The notes beneath the pieces are model-generated. The model worked only from the letters and a program-made list of their open reading frames with translations. It did not search any database and had not been told where the DNA came from. A DNA stretch of 64,000 bases, taken from a virus. Lineage: Duplodnaviria; Caudoviricetes. The DNA is taken from positions 160,001-224,000 of IMG/VR virus record IMGVR_UViG_3300037424_000434. One strand, 5' to 3'. Shown one piece after another: positions 38,570 to 44,974 of this stretch. Position numbers and translations under genes: made by a program. The stretch's first letter is position 1. Every line of letters begins with the position of its first letter.

Positions 38570-38598
38570 TTGACAATGAGTGTGAGTTCTGATATACT
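38570..38598 (+). promoter_or_regulatory. Sigma70 promoter, TTGACA class
   Basis: TTGACA-N17-TATACT with TG extension. Confidence 0.8.
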
Positions 38599-38612
38599 CT
38601 ACTCAAGTCAAA

Positions 38613-38791
38613 ACCTCTCCAACGCAGAGAACGAATCGTAAACGTTGGAAACCAAAGTCTATGACAGTTAGAGGTCTGTTATCTAGTCAAGTTAAAATGA
38701 AAGTTGTGTTCATGGGTGCAGCACATTAAATCGCTTGGGGCCAACGTGGCGAATTCGAATAGTCATATAAAAACGAGAGCTTTCATTTTAA
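38613..38791 (+). ncRNA. Two closed structured domains, unassigned
   Basis: acctct/agaggt + ccaacg/cgttgg; 14-bp ttaaaatgaaagtt/agctttcattttaa. Confidence 0.4.
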
Positions 38792-38799
38792 ACATTTTG

Positions 38800-38876
38800 G
38801 GGGTAGGGCACAGGTTGGCATCTGGTCTTGTCTGTAAAACAACGCAAATACGGTTCGATTCCGTGCTACCCCACCA
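38800..38876 (+). tRNA. tRNA-Tyr(GTA), short variable arm
   Basis: ggggtag/ctacccc, loop CTGTAAA, CCA. Confidence 0.75.
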
Positions 38877-39134
38877 ATTTAAATGGTAAAAACAGGTAAC
38901 ATTCTGGTTTAGCTAACCAAAATAAATCCTGTCTATAATTTGATGACCGGTTAAATCAGATTATTAAGCGTTTGCCCCTAGAGTCGATAAAGGGGTAACA
39001 ATTTAAATGGTAAAAACAGGTAACATTCCGGTTTAGCTGGCCAAAAATAAATCCTGTCTATAATTTGATGACCGGTTAAATCAGATTATTAAGCGTTTGC
39101 CCCTAGAGTCGATAAAGGGGTAGCAATTTAAATG
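38875..39134 (+). repeat. Tandem duplication of a 124/125-nt three-hairpin element (ncRNA candidate)
   Basis: Copies start 38875 and 38999, 11-nt third start at 39124; differences mostly keep pairing via G-U. Confidence 0.9.
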
Positions 39135-39139
39135 TATAT

Positions 39140-39314
39140 GCTCCCGTGTAGAAATATGGCCAACACGAGAAAAAATATCCCATTCATGAGGGGATTACAG
39201 TAACGTGAAGGACTCTAGCCCGGACTCGAAAGGCGCATCAAGCGAAGGTGAACGGTTATCTGGGATAGTTGATAGCAACTATAATTGCTGGTTCGAAGCC
39301 AGCCGGGGGCTCCA
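39140..39314 (+). ncRNA. tRNA-like RNA with ~100 extra nt
   Basis: Acceptor gctcccg/cgggggc, T-arm gctgg-ttcgaag-ccagc, U-CCA end, internal CAT-loop hairpin. Confidence 0.65.
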
Positions 39315-39454
39315 ATTTGTGGGTACCAAATAAAGAGTGCTTTGTCAACCACGGAGAAAGACATGAAACAAGAAATTAATCAAGAAGAACTGGAAAAAAT
39401 GGAGACGTGAAAAATGGATTGAATACGCATCGGTTCGCGTAACTTTGGAGCGCC

Positions 39455-39709
39455 TTGTTATGGCGCGGAGGTAGGGAAGTGTTAAGTAAAAATCAAATGA
39501 AGGCATTAAAGGAATTAACCGCAGCCTTCAAAAAGTGTAAAGCGGTAAATATTTCTTTCTGCGGGATGGACTGCGATCTTCTTGCGTATGATCGAGAAGA
39601 ATTAAGCTCTCAAGAAAAAGAGTTGGGTGGTCTTCACGAAGCGCAAGGAAAATGTGACCATGAAATAGTTAATACGCATGGGACATATTTAGACAGCGGA
39701 GGCTGGTGA
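39455..39709 (+). CDS. Hypothetical protein
   Basis: 84 aa in track; true start probably 39479 or later. Confidence 0.5.
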   Translation: MLWRGGREVLSKNQMKALKELTAAFKKCKAVNISFCGMDCDLLAYDREELSSQEKELGGLHEAQGKCDHEIVNTHGTYLDSGGW

Positions 39710-39877
39710 ACGTAAGGGGGGCGATTAGTACCCTATAGCGTTTTCGTTTAAGAGTGGAACAAACGAAACAAATTCCATTCAAACATTAATATCGCGGTTT
39801 TGTTGAAAAGAAAAGAACGGTTGACCATGCGTTAAAGGTTGTGGGATTTAGTAATTCTTTTTGGCAAACATTTTTGT

Positions 39878-39951
39878 ACCCGATTAGTACAATGGGAGTG
39901 CAACTGGCCTACACCCAGTAGACACGGGTTCGATTCCTGTATCGGGTACCA
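39878..39951 (+). tRNA. tRNA-Val(TAC)
   Basis: Cloverleaf with CCA; C at position 33. Confidence 0.85.
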
Positions 39952-40008
39952 TTAAAACATGTTAGGGTTGAACCATGGGTTCGTAAAAACTTTCCCCCTA
40001 AACTTTAT

Positions 40009-40083
40009 CCCTGTGTAGCTGAGATGGATTAGCGATTGCCTGAAGAGCAGTATAGAAGGGTTCGATACCTTTCACAGGGACCA
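40009..40083 (+). tRNA. tRNA-Phe(GAA)
   Basis: Cloverleaf with CCA. Confidence 0.9.
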
Positions 40084-40089
40084 TTTATT

Positions 40090-40359
40090 CATGGGTCGCG
40101 CCCATGGCGCATCTATCCTATGCGAAAATCATGGTTACGATCATGGTGTGGATACGAGTGTAGAATATAAACCCTCACCGGTGGACTCTGGCATGGTGGC
40201 TACGAACTACTATTGGAATGTTCAATTCATTCTGGGGGTGCCAATTAGAATTGATTGTTGCGGTATAATATGGGCGAGTTAGGGCACGTCCACAGAATCC
40301 ACCTTTAGTGGGGTGGCACAAAGCACTTTAGATGGAGTTGTCAACCATCCAACAATCAA
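40090..40359 (+). ncRNA. Unassigned structured RNA candidate
   Basis: catggg/cccatg, cgcat/atgcg, 10-bp ttgattgttg/caacaatcaa enclosing further hairpins. Confidence 0.45.
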
Positions 40360-40370
40360 CACAAGTTTAT

Positions 40371-40447
40371 GGGAGCGTGATGGAATTGGCATACGTGTTG
40401 GTCTTAGAAACCAAATTTTAGGGGTTCGAATCCCCTCGCTCCTACCA
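40371..40447 (+). tRNA. tRNA-Leu(TAG), short variable arm
   Basis: Cloverleaf with CCA. Confidence 0.88.
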
Positions 40448-40453
40448 AAATGC

Positions 40454-40670
40454 AACAGGTAAACGCTCTAAAGAACATGAGAATGGGTTGGGAGTAATAT
40501 TCCGTAACGGATTACCTGACCACTAGGCTACCCATCTAGACCCTTTATTGGGATAAATCATGTCACCTGTTTACACTACAGTTATAGATACTGTATTATA
40601 AGATTCGTGGGGGATTAGCCCACGAATGCATAGGCATAAGGTTTAAGCCCTTGCAATGACGGGCTCAAAT
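40454..40670 (+). ncRNA. Unassigned structured RNA candidate
   Basis: aacaggt/acctgtt closed domain plus three consecutive hairpins. Confidence 0.5.
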
Positions 40671-40703
40671 CAACTAGCTTAGACCGATTTTTTAAGAATT
40701 TAC

Positions 40704-40774
40704 CGGTGTGTGAGAGAATGGTACTCATCCATCCTTGGACGATGGAAACGCAGGTTCGATTCCTGCCATGCCGA
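40704..40774 (+). tRNA. tRNA-Pro(TGG), no encoded CCA
   Basis: cggtgtg/catgccg, loop CTTGGAC. Confidence 0.8.
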
Positions 40775-40775
40775 C

Positions 40776-40838
40776 TTGACATGTAATAAATATCTCCCTA
40801 TCTCTATTTATAATAGTTCGATATTTATTACATGTCAA
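40776..40838. repeat. Perfect 19-bp inverted repeat with 25-nt spacer
   Basis: ttgacatgtaataaatatc / gatatttattacatgtcaa. Confidence 0.95.
40805..40838 (-). promoter_or_regulatory. Antisense promoter candidate
   Basis: Minus strand TTGACA-N17-TATTAT overlapping minus-strand TATAAATA. Confidence 0.45.
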
Positions 40839-40941
40839 TATATTATACTACATGTTTGAAAGGTACGCACTTTGGGTTGCACCCTATAGCGTTTTAACTA
40901 CTTGCCGAGCAGGGCTTTTCAACTTTCAAACAATTTTTTAT

Positions 40942-41017
40942 GCGGGTAGAACTCAGTCTCATGGTGAGGCAGTAGCCTTCCAAGCTATCGTTAGGTGTTC
41001 GATTCACCCTACCCGCT
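40942..41017 (+). tRNA. tRNA-Gly(TCC), irregular, no CCA
   Basis: gcgggta/tacccgc, loop CTTCCAA; 5 extra nt before D-stem. Confidence 0.65.
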
Positions 41018-41110
41018 TTTTACGAATATCGAACATATATCCGAAATCCTCGGGGTGAATGGATACCGATGAACCCCTTGAGGTGAGTAGGTAACGTAAC
41101 AAAAGCATTT

Positions 41111-41185
41111 GATGCTATCGTATAAGGGTTATTACCTCTGGTTGTCAGCCAGATAATGCGGGTTCGAGTCCCGCTAGCATCGCCA
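41111..41185 (+). tRNA. tRNA-Asp(GTC)
   Basis: Cloverleaf with CCA. Confidence 0.9.
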
Positions 41186-41212
41186 TTTTTTGTTATATAG
41201 ATAGACAGTTAT

Positions 41213-41286
41213 GCTCCTCTAGTTCAATGGCAGAGCAATCGCCCGATTAGCGATGAATCAGGGTTCAAATCCTTGGGGGAGTACCA
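41213..41286 (+). tRNA. tRNA-Ile(GAT)
   Basis: Cloverleaf with CCA; atypical loop CCGATTA. Confidence 0.75.
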
Positions 41287-41295
41287 GAATTTTGT

Positions 41296-41370
41296 TCCTT
41301 CTTAGTTCAGTGGCAGAACGCTTGGCTGTTAACCAAGATGTCGCAAGTTCGAATCTTGCAGAAGGAGCCA
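41296..41370 (+). tRNA. tRNA-Asn(GTT)
   Basis: Cloverleaf with CCA. Confidence 0.92.
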
Positions 41371-41373
41371 TTT

Positions 41374-41445
41374 CAGCGGGGTTAGTTTAAGGGAGAACAG
41401 AGAGGGCTTGCCTCTCAGACATGGGTTTGGATCCTATGCCCTGTA
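41374..41445 (+). pseudogene. Degenerate tRNA remnant
   Basis: D-arm-like tagtttaagggagaac, gagag/ctctc stem, broken T-loop and acceptor. Confidence 0.4.
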
Positions 41446-41474
41446 ATATTTTGTGTTAACACGAGATCAAGGAG

Positions 41475-41729
41475 ATGATTATGGTTAACACGTTCGAAGA
41501 TGACAATTATTTAAAGAGGTTTAATGAGTCACGATCCTTTCTTTGTTCGGGTGGTTATTTAACAGATGGGGAGAATCGAAAAATCAAAGATCGGTTCAGG
41601 AAAGCCGCAGCAAAAAGTGGAACAAAGCTGGAAACGCTTCCCTTTTTTATCAAGCAAAGGGTGAACGTGAACGATTTTGGTATATCAAGGATCATGAATG
41701 AGACAAACAAAGAGAGAATCTTTTGTTGA
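41475..41729 (+). CDS. Hypothetical protein
   Basis: 84 aa, AAGGAG RBS. Confidence 0.55.
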   Translation: MIMVNTFEDDNYLKRFNESRSFLCSGGYLTDGENRKIKDRFRKAAAKSGTKLETLPFFIKQRVNVNDFGISRIMNETNKERIFC

Positions 41730-41925
41730 AGCAATAACAAACATGTTAATCGGATATTCATGTGGCGTATTATCTCAACTATTAGTGTTTCCTTTGGTGG
41801 GAATTTATGTATCATGGAGTGATAATTTATTGCTTGCTCTGTATTTTACTTTAGTAAGCTTGTTGCGAAATTATGTTGTTAGAAGAGTTTTTGATGCAAA
41901 GAAGCATAAAAAGGTTTATGTATAG
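41698..41925 (+). CDS. Small two-TM phage membrane protein (QTKRESFVEAITN family)
   Basis: Recognisable N-terminal motif and two hydrophobic helices. Confidence 0.6.
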   Translation: MRQTKRESFVEAITNMLIGYSCGVLSQLLVFPLVGIYVSWSDNLLLALYFTLVSLLRNYVVRRVFDAKKHKKVYV

Positions 41926-41939
41926 GTCGTAAGTATTAC

Positions 41940-42009
41940 GGGGCTGGCGCTGGGACCGCATAGGAGTTTTGCAAATTTCTTGAGGTGGGTTCGATTCCCA
42001 CTAGCTCCA
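41940..42009 (+). tRNA. tRNA-Ala(TGC), short D-arm, no CCA
   Basis: G3-U70, A73, loop TTTGCAA, T-arm gtggg/cccac. Confidence 0.65.
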
Positions 42010-42064
42010 TAATCAGTTAAGATTGGAGAGAGAACGGTACTATTTTTAACTTGGAGGTAATTAG

Positions 42065-42220
42065 CTGACGCTTGACGAATATATTGAAATGGCTAAACAA
42101 GAATTGGATCTCATGAGAGAAGATTATGAAAGAAATAACAGAATTGATCCAGATTCATGGCCATTAGAACTTGACTCCGGTGCATGGGGCGAGGAAGAAA
42201 TGTGCAGGAGATTTTCTTAA
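42065..42220 (+). CDS. 51-aa acidic protein with CTG start
   Basis: GGAGG RBS then CTG ACG CTT GAC GAA TAT... Confidence 0.4.
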   Translation: MTLDEYIEMAKQELDLMREDYERNNRIDPDSWPLELDSGAWGEEEMCRRFS

Positions 42221-42231
42221 TAAGAGTTTAC

Positions 42232-42310
42232 GGGGGATTGGGCAATTTGGCAAAGCCGCTTGATTCAAAACCAAGAGATTTTACGGGTTCGATCCCCGTA
42301 TCCCCTACCA
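42232..42310 (+). tRNA. tRNA-Leu(CAA)
   Basis: Loop TTCAAAA, A73, CCA. Confidence 0.8.
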
Positions 42311-42321
42311 AAAGAGTTTAT

Positions 42322-42397
42322 GGTGTAGTGCCCAAGAGGTGTTTGGCATTCGGCTGTGACCCGGATTGATTGAGTTCGATTCTCACATTACACCCCA
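42322..42397 (+). tRNA. tRNA-His(GTG)
   Basis: G-1:C73, loop CTGTGAC, CCA. Confidence 0.85.
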
Positions 42398-42405
42398 AAT
42401 TAAAG

Positions 42406-42480
42406 GCACTCATGGTGAAAAGGAAATCACAGGAAACTTCTAATTTCTCGTTCTAGGTTCGAGTCCTAGTGGGTGCGCCA
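42406..42480 (+). tRNA. tRNA-Arg(TCT)
   Basis: Cloverleaf with CCA. Confidence 0.9.
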
Positions 42481-42554
42481 TTTGATAACATTTTTTGTAC
42501 ACTAACAATTGAAATGTTATCACACAAAAATTATAATTGAAAGTGTTTAAAGAC

Positions 42555-42695
42555 AAATTTCGGTGTCGTAAATTAGAGTTACTTCGTCTTCTAAACGAGT
42601 GGTCGCTGGTTCGAATCCAGCCAAGATCCCCAAAAAGGTCTTGTAGCTCAGCGGTAGAGCACTAAATCTCTCTGATTGATTGTTACCCGAAATTT
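42555..42695 (+). ncRNA. yrlA: YrlA-type Y RNA (circularly permuted tRNA-like domain)
   Basis: Order anticodon-like arm, T-arm, acceptor 3' strand, loop, acceptor 5' strand, D-arm, all inside a 5'/3' terminal bulged stem. Confidence 0.8.
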
Positions 42696-42703
42696 TGAGT
42701 TAT

Positions 42704-42778
42704 GCTCCAATAGTTAAACGGTATAACGGGCAACTTATAATTGTTTGTTGGAGGGTTCGACTCCCCCTTGGAGTACCA
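42704..42778 (+). tRNA. tRNA-Ile(TAT)
   Basis: Loop CTTATAA, A73, CCA. Confidence 0.8.
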
Positions 42779-42799
42779 CTTTTTTAATAACGACAATGA

Positions 42800-43025
42800 T
42801 AAGCGGCAACGGGCACCCAATACTGCCATAAGTGCGGGTGGTTTCAACCGCAAACGATAAAACCGAGTTGGGATTGCTGCCCTGATTGCGGAAACGAGAA
42901 AATCCCTTTCGTGGTTGGGCGGTACATCGTTGAAACAAAGAAGTGTGGCCGATGGCTCTGGGTATATTTTGAAACAAAAAATGTCGGGTTTATACCGGCA
43001 ACCTAACAACCCACTCTGGGACTTC
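42800..43025 (+). ncRNA. Unassigned structured RNA candidate
   Basis: tgcgg/ccgca, aacgat/atcgtt enclosing gggatt/aatccc, gtcgg/ccggc; no credible + ORF. Confidence 0.5.
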
Positions 43026-43035
43026 GTGATGATGA

Positions 43036-43110
43036 ACGGGTGTAGTCCAATTGGCAGGAGACGCGGGGCTTAAAACCCTGACAGTGTGAGTTCGAATCTC
43101 ATCACCCGTA
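43036..43110 (+). tRNA. tRNA-Leu(TAA), CTA in place of CCA
   Basis: acgggtg/cacccgt, loop CTTAAAA. Confidence 0.82.
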
Positions 43111-43130
43111 CTAATAGAAAGGAAAAGATT

Positions 43131-43364
43131 ATGAAAGTAAACATTGACGCAAAAGAATCATTACAACGTGACCCCGCGCATGATATTCAATCTGTCTTAA
43201 ACATTGGGTTCAAATGTCCGGACACGCGAACTGCGATAAACAAGGTAGTGGCAAGACTTGAGGGCCGTATCTGGGCACACGAAAACGATGAACAACAGAT
43301 GTGCGAGGATGAATACGAGGACTGCAAGAACGATTTAGCGTTGCTGAAGTTACTGATCGGCTAA
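43131..43364 (+). CDS. Hypothetical protein
   Basis: ATG 43131 after AAAGGA; track start overlaps tRNA. Confidence 0.6.
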   Translation: MKVNIDAKESLQRDPAHDIQSVLNIGFKCPDTRTAINKVVARLEGRIWAHENDEQQMCEDEYEDCKNDLALLKLLIG

Positions 43365-43367
43365 CCA

Positions 43368-43673
43368 GTGAAATTCTTAATAAAAGAGATTTCTAATGAA
43401 ACTTTTATTCACATTAGAAAGTGGATAGTGGATGTTGATGGAAATGAAAGCTGTAACTATAGAAGTCGTACCAGTATTAATTGTTTCTTTTATGGCAAAC
43501 ACCATAGAAACAAAACAAAAGACTTCCTGTATCATGGGGAGTCTTTGAGGGAAGCAATTGACGTTAGAGGATTTGATCCAGAAGGAGTTGCTGAGGTTGA
43601 TTCTATCTGGGAGTTTTATAAGATCATTGGTTATGATTATAAAAAGAAAAAATATGTTGACAAAACACTATAG
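43368..43673 (+). CDS. Hypothetical protein
   Basis: 101 aa. Confidence 0.55.
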   Translation: MKFLIKEISNETFIHIRKWIVDVDGNESCNYRSRTSINCFFYGKHHRNKTKDFLYHGESLREAIDVRGFDPEGVAEVDSIWEFYKIIGYDYKKKKYVDKTL

Positions 43674-43685
43674 AAAGGATACTAT
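43657..43685 (+). promoter_or_regulatory. Sigma70 promoter, TTGACA class
   Basis: TTGACA-N17-TACTAT. Confidence 0.6.
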
Positions 43686-43690
43686 TAATC

Positions 43691-43828
43691 ATGGCAGCAA
43701 AAAATGGTTCAACCAAAAGCTCAAAACGTAAAATGAAAACTTCTATTGGTAAGAGCAAGAACACTGTATACAACAAAGCTCACCAAAAGAAACATGGCAA
43801 AAAAGTATACCGTGGTCAGGGGCGATAA
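43691..43828 (+). CDS. 45-aa very basic protein ending KKVYRGQGR
   Basis: MAAKNGSTKSSKRKMKTSIGKSKNTVYNKAHQKKHGKKVYRGQGR; AAAGGA RBS. Confidence 0.65.
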   Translation: MAAKNGSTKSSKRKMKTSIGKSKNTVYNKAHQKKHGKKVYRGQGR

Positions 43829-43897
43829 ATGATTATTGCACCAAATGGCATGAGAACGAAGAAATCAGGTATTTCTTATTAAGTGACAGGAATAATC

Positions 43898-44053
43898 ATG
43901 CATTGGTTAAAGAAATTATTGGGTCTATGTGATCATAAGTGGGAGATCATCAAAGAAATTGAATGCTTTGAATATAGTTTTTCAAAACATCCATATAAAA
44001 CGAAATATATCTTACAATGTAAACATTGTGGGAACATTAAAAGAGTAAAGTGA
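43898..44053 (+). CDS. 51-aa Zn-binding hypothetical (CDHKW...CKHC)
   Basis: AGGA RBS; same pattern as 26042 ORF. Confidence 0.55.
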   Translation: MHWLKKLLGLCDHKWEIIKEIECFEYSFSKHPYKTKYILQCKHCGNIKRVK

Positions 44054-44218
44054 AGTAAAAGGCAATGGCAGTTAAAGATGACAAAAAAGATGTTGTTAAA
44101 AAGCCGTACAACATATTTTGAGGAGAATGACGATGAAACGAAAACAAAGAGATAAACTCATCGTGTTCTTGGGATAGATTAACACTCGCCCATGAGCACG
44201 TAAAACAACAGTGTTTAT

Positions 44219-44296
44219 GGGCGCGTAACTCAATTGGATTAGAGTATCCGGCTTTTACCCGGTAAGTTGTGGGTTCGAGTCCCACCGCGCCCACCA
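44219..44296 (+). tRNA. tRNA-Lys(TTT)
   Basis: Cloverleaf with CCA. Confidence 0.9.
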
Positions 44297-44310
44297 AAAT
44301 TTTGATTTGC

Positions 44311-44384
44311 GCGGGTGTAGTTCAATGGAAGAACAGTATACTTTTAATATACCTATCGGGGTTCGATTCCCTGTACCCGTACCA
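44311..44384 (+). tRNA. tRNA-Lys(TTT), second divergent copy
   Basis: Loop CTTTTAA, A73, CCA. Confidence 0.75.
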
Positions 44385-44393
44385 TTTTTTGGG

Positions 44394-44468
44394 GGGGGTA
44401 TAACTCAGTTGGCAGAGTACCTGACTCTTAATCAGGAGGTCACTGGTTCGATCCCAGTTGCCCCACCA
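44394..44468 (+). tRNA. tRNA-Lys(CTT)
   Basis: Loop CTCTTAA; acceptor one pair short. Confidence 0.8.
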
Positions 44469-44485
44469 AGATAAAAATAGAACAT

Positions 44486-44571
44486 GGAAGGTAGCGTCAT
44501 GGCGACAAACTAGTCTTGAAAATTAGGCCGGGTGTGAAAGCCCGAGGGTTCGATTCCTTTACCTTCTTCCA
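44486..44571 (+). tRNA. tRNA-Ser(TGA)
   Basis: Long variable arm, loop CTTGAAA, U73-CCA. Confidence 0.75.
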
Positions 44572-44601
44572 CCAATGGACAAAGCATAAGTCCTTTATTT
44601 C

Positions 44602-44675
44602 GCCGCTATAGTTAAAAGGTATAACGCCTGTTTTGTAATCAGGATTTCGGGGTTCGAGTCCTCGTAGCGGCCCCA
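44602..44675 (+). tRNA. tRNA-Thr(TGT)
   Basis: Cloverleaf with CCA. Confidence 0.88.
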
Positions 44676-44701
44676 TTTTAAACAACAAAAGGCTCAAGAA
44701 G

Positions 44702-44863
44702 ATGTTGACATTATCGAAGCTTAGAAAAGCTTGGCTGAAAAACGTAGGTTACGTTCGCATTGCTAATGAGTTGTGCCTTGATCCCGATATGGTCCAAACT
44801 GTTTATGCACGATGGACAGAAGAGCACCTTAGAAAAAGATCTGGATGGATGTATCCATATTAA
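44702..44863 (+). CDS. 53-aa hypothetical protein
   Basis: MLTLSKLRKAWLKNVGYVRIANEL... Confidence 0.45.
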   Translation: MLTLSKLRKAWLKNVGYVRIANELCLDPDMVQTVYARWTEEHLRKRSGWMYPY

Positions 44864-44956
44864 GGAAAGTTAATCAATCAGGGCATTGACACCGACTGCT
44901 AATCGGTTGGTTCAGTAGTGATACTGAATAGGTTTCGAGTACCTAGCTTTCCTCCA
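44864..44956 (+). tRNA. tRNA-Ser(GCT), atypical fold
   Basis: 8-bp acceptor possible, 5-bp D-stem, long variable arm, U73-CCA. Confidence 0.8.
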
Positions 44957-44974
44957 TTAATGAAAGGATGACTT

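Noticed and set aside
38875-39134. CRISPR array
   Set aside because: Repeat unit is 124-125 nt, only two copies, no unique spacers, no cas genes.
40091-41058. ORFs 40091-40282, 40852-41058 (also 37627, 38051, 38704, 42184)
   Set aside because: Overlap tRNAs or structured RNA and lack RBS or coding signal.
41035-41085. Hammerhead ribozyme (CGAAA ... CCGATGA)
   Set aside because: Core is CCGAUGA not CUGAUGA, the cleavage-site base would be G, and stems I/II do not close properly.
42232-42310. Opal suppressor / tRNA-Sec (TCA)
   Set aside because: Stem symmetry centres the loop on CAA, A73 fits Leu, no Sec-type fold; no sign of stop-codon recoding in the ORFs.
42555-42695. Ordinary tRNA-Arg(TCT)
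   Set aside because: Halves are in permuted order inside an extra terminal stem; better explained as YrlA.
44311-44384. Mis-acylated Gly-body/Lys-anticodon tRNA
   Set aside because: A73 plus UUU anticodon are Lys determinants; no positive evidence for Gly identity.
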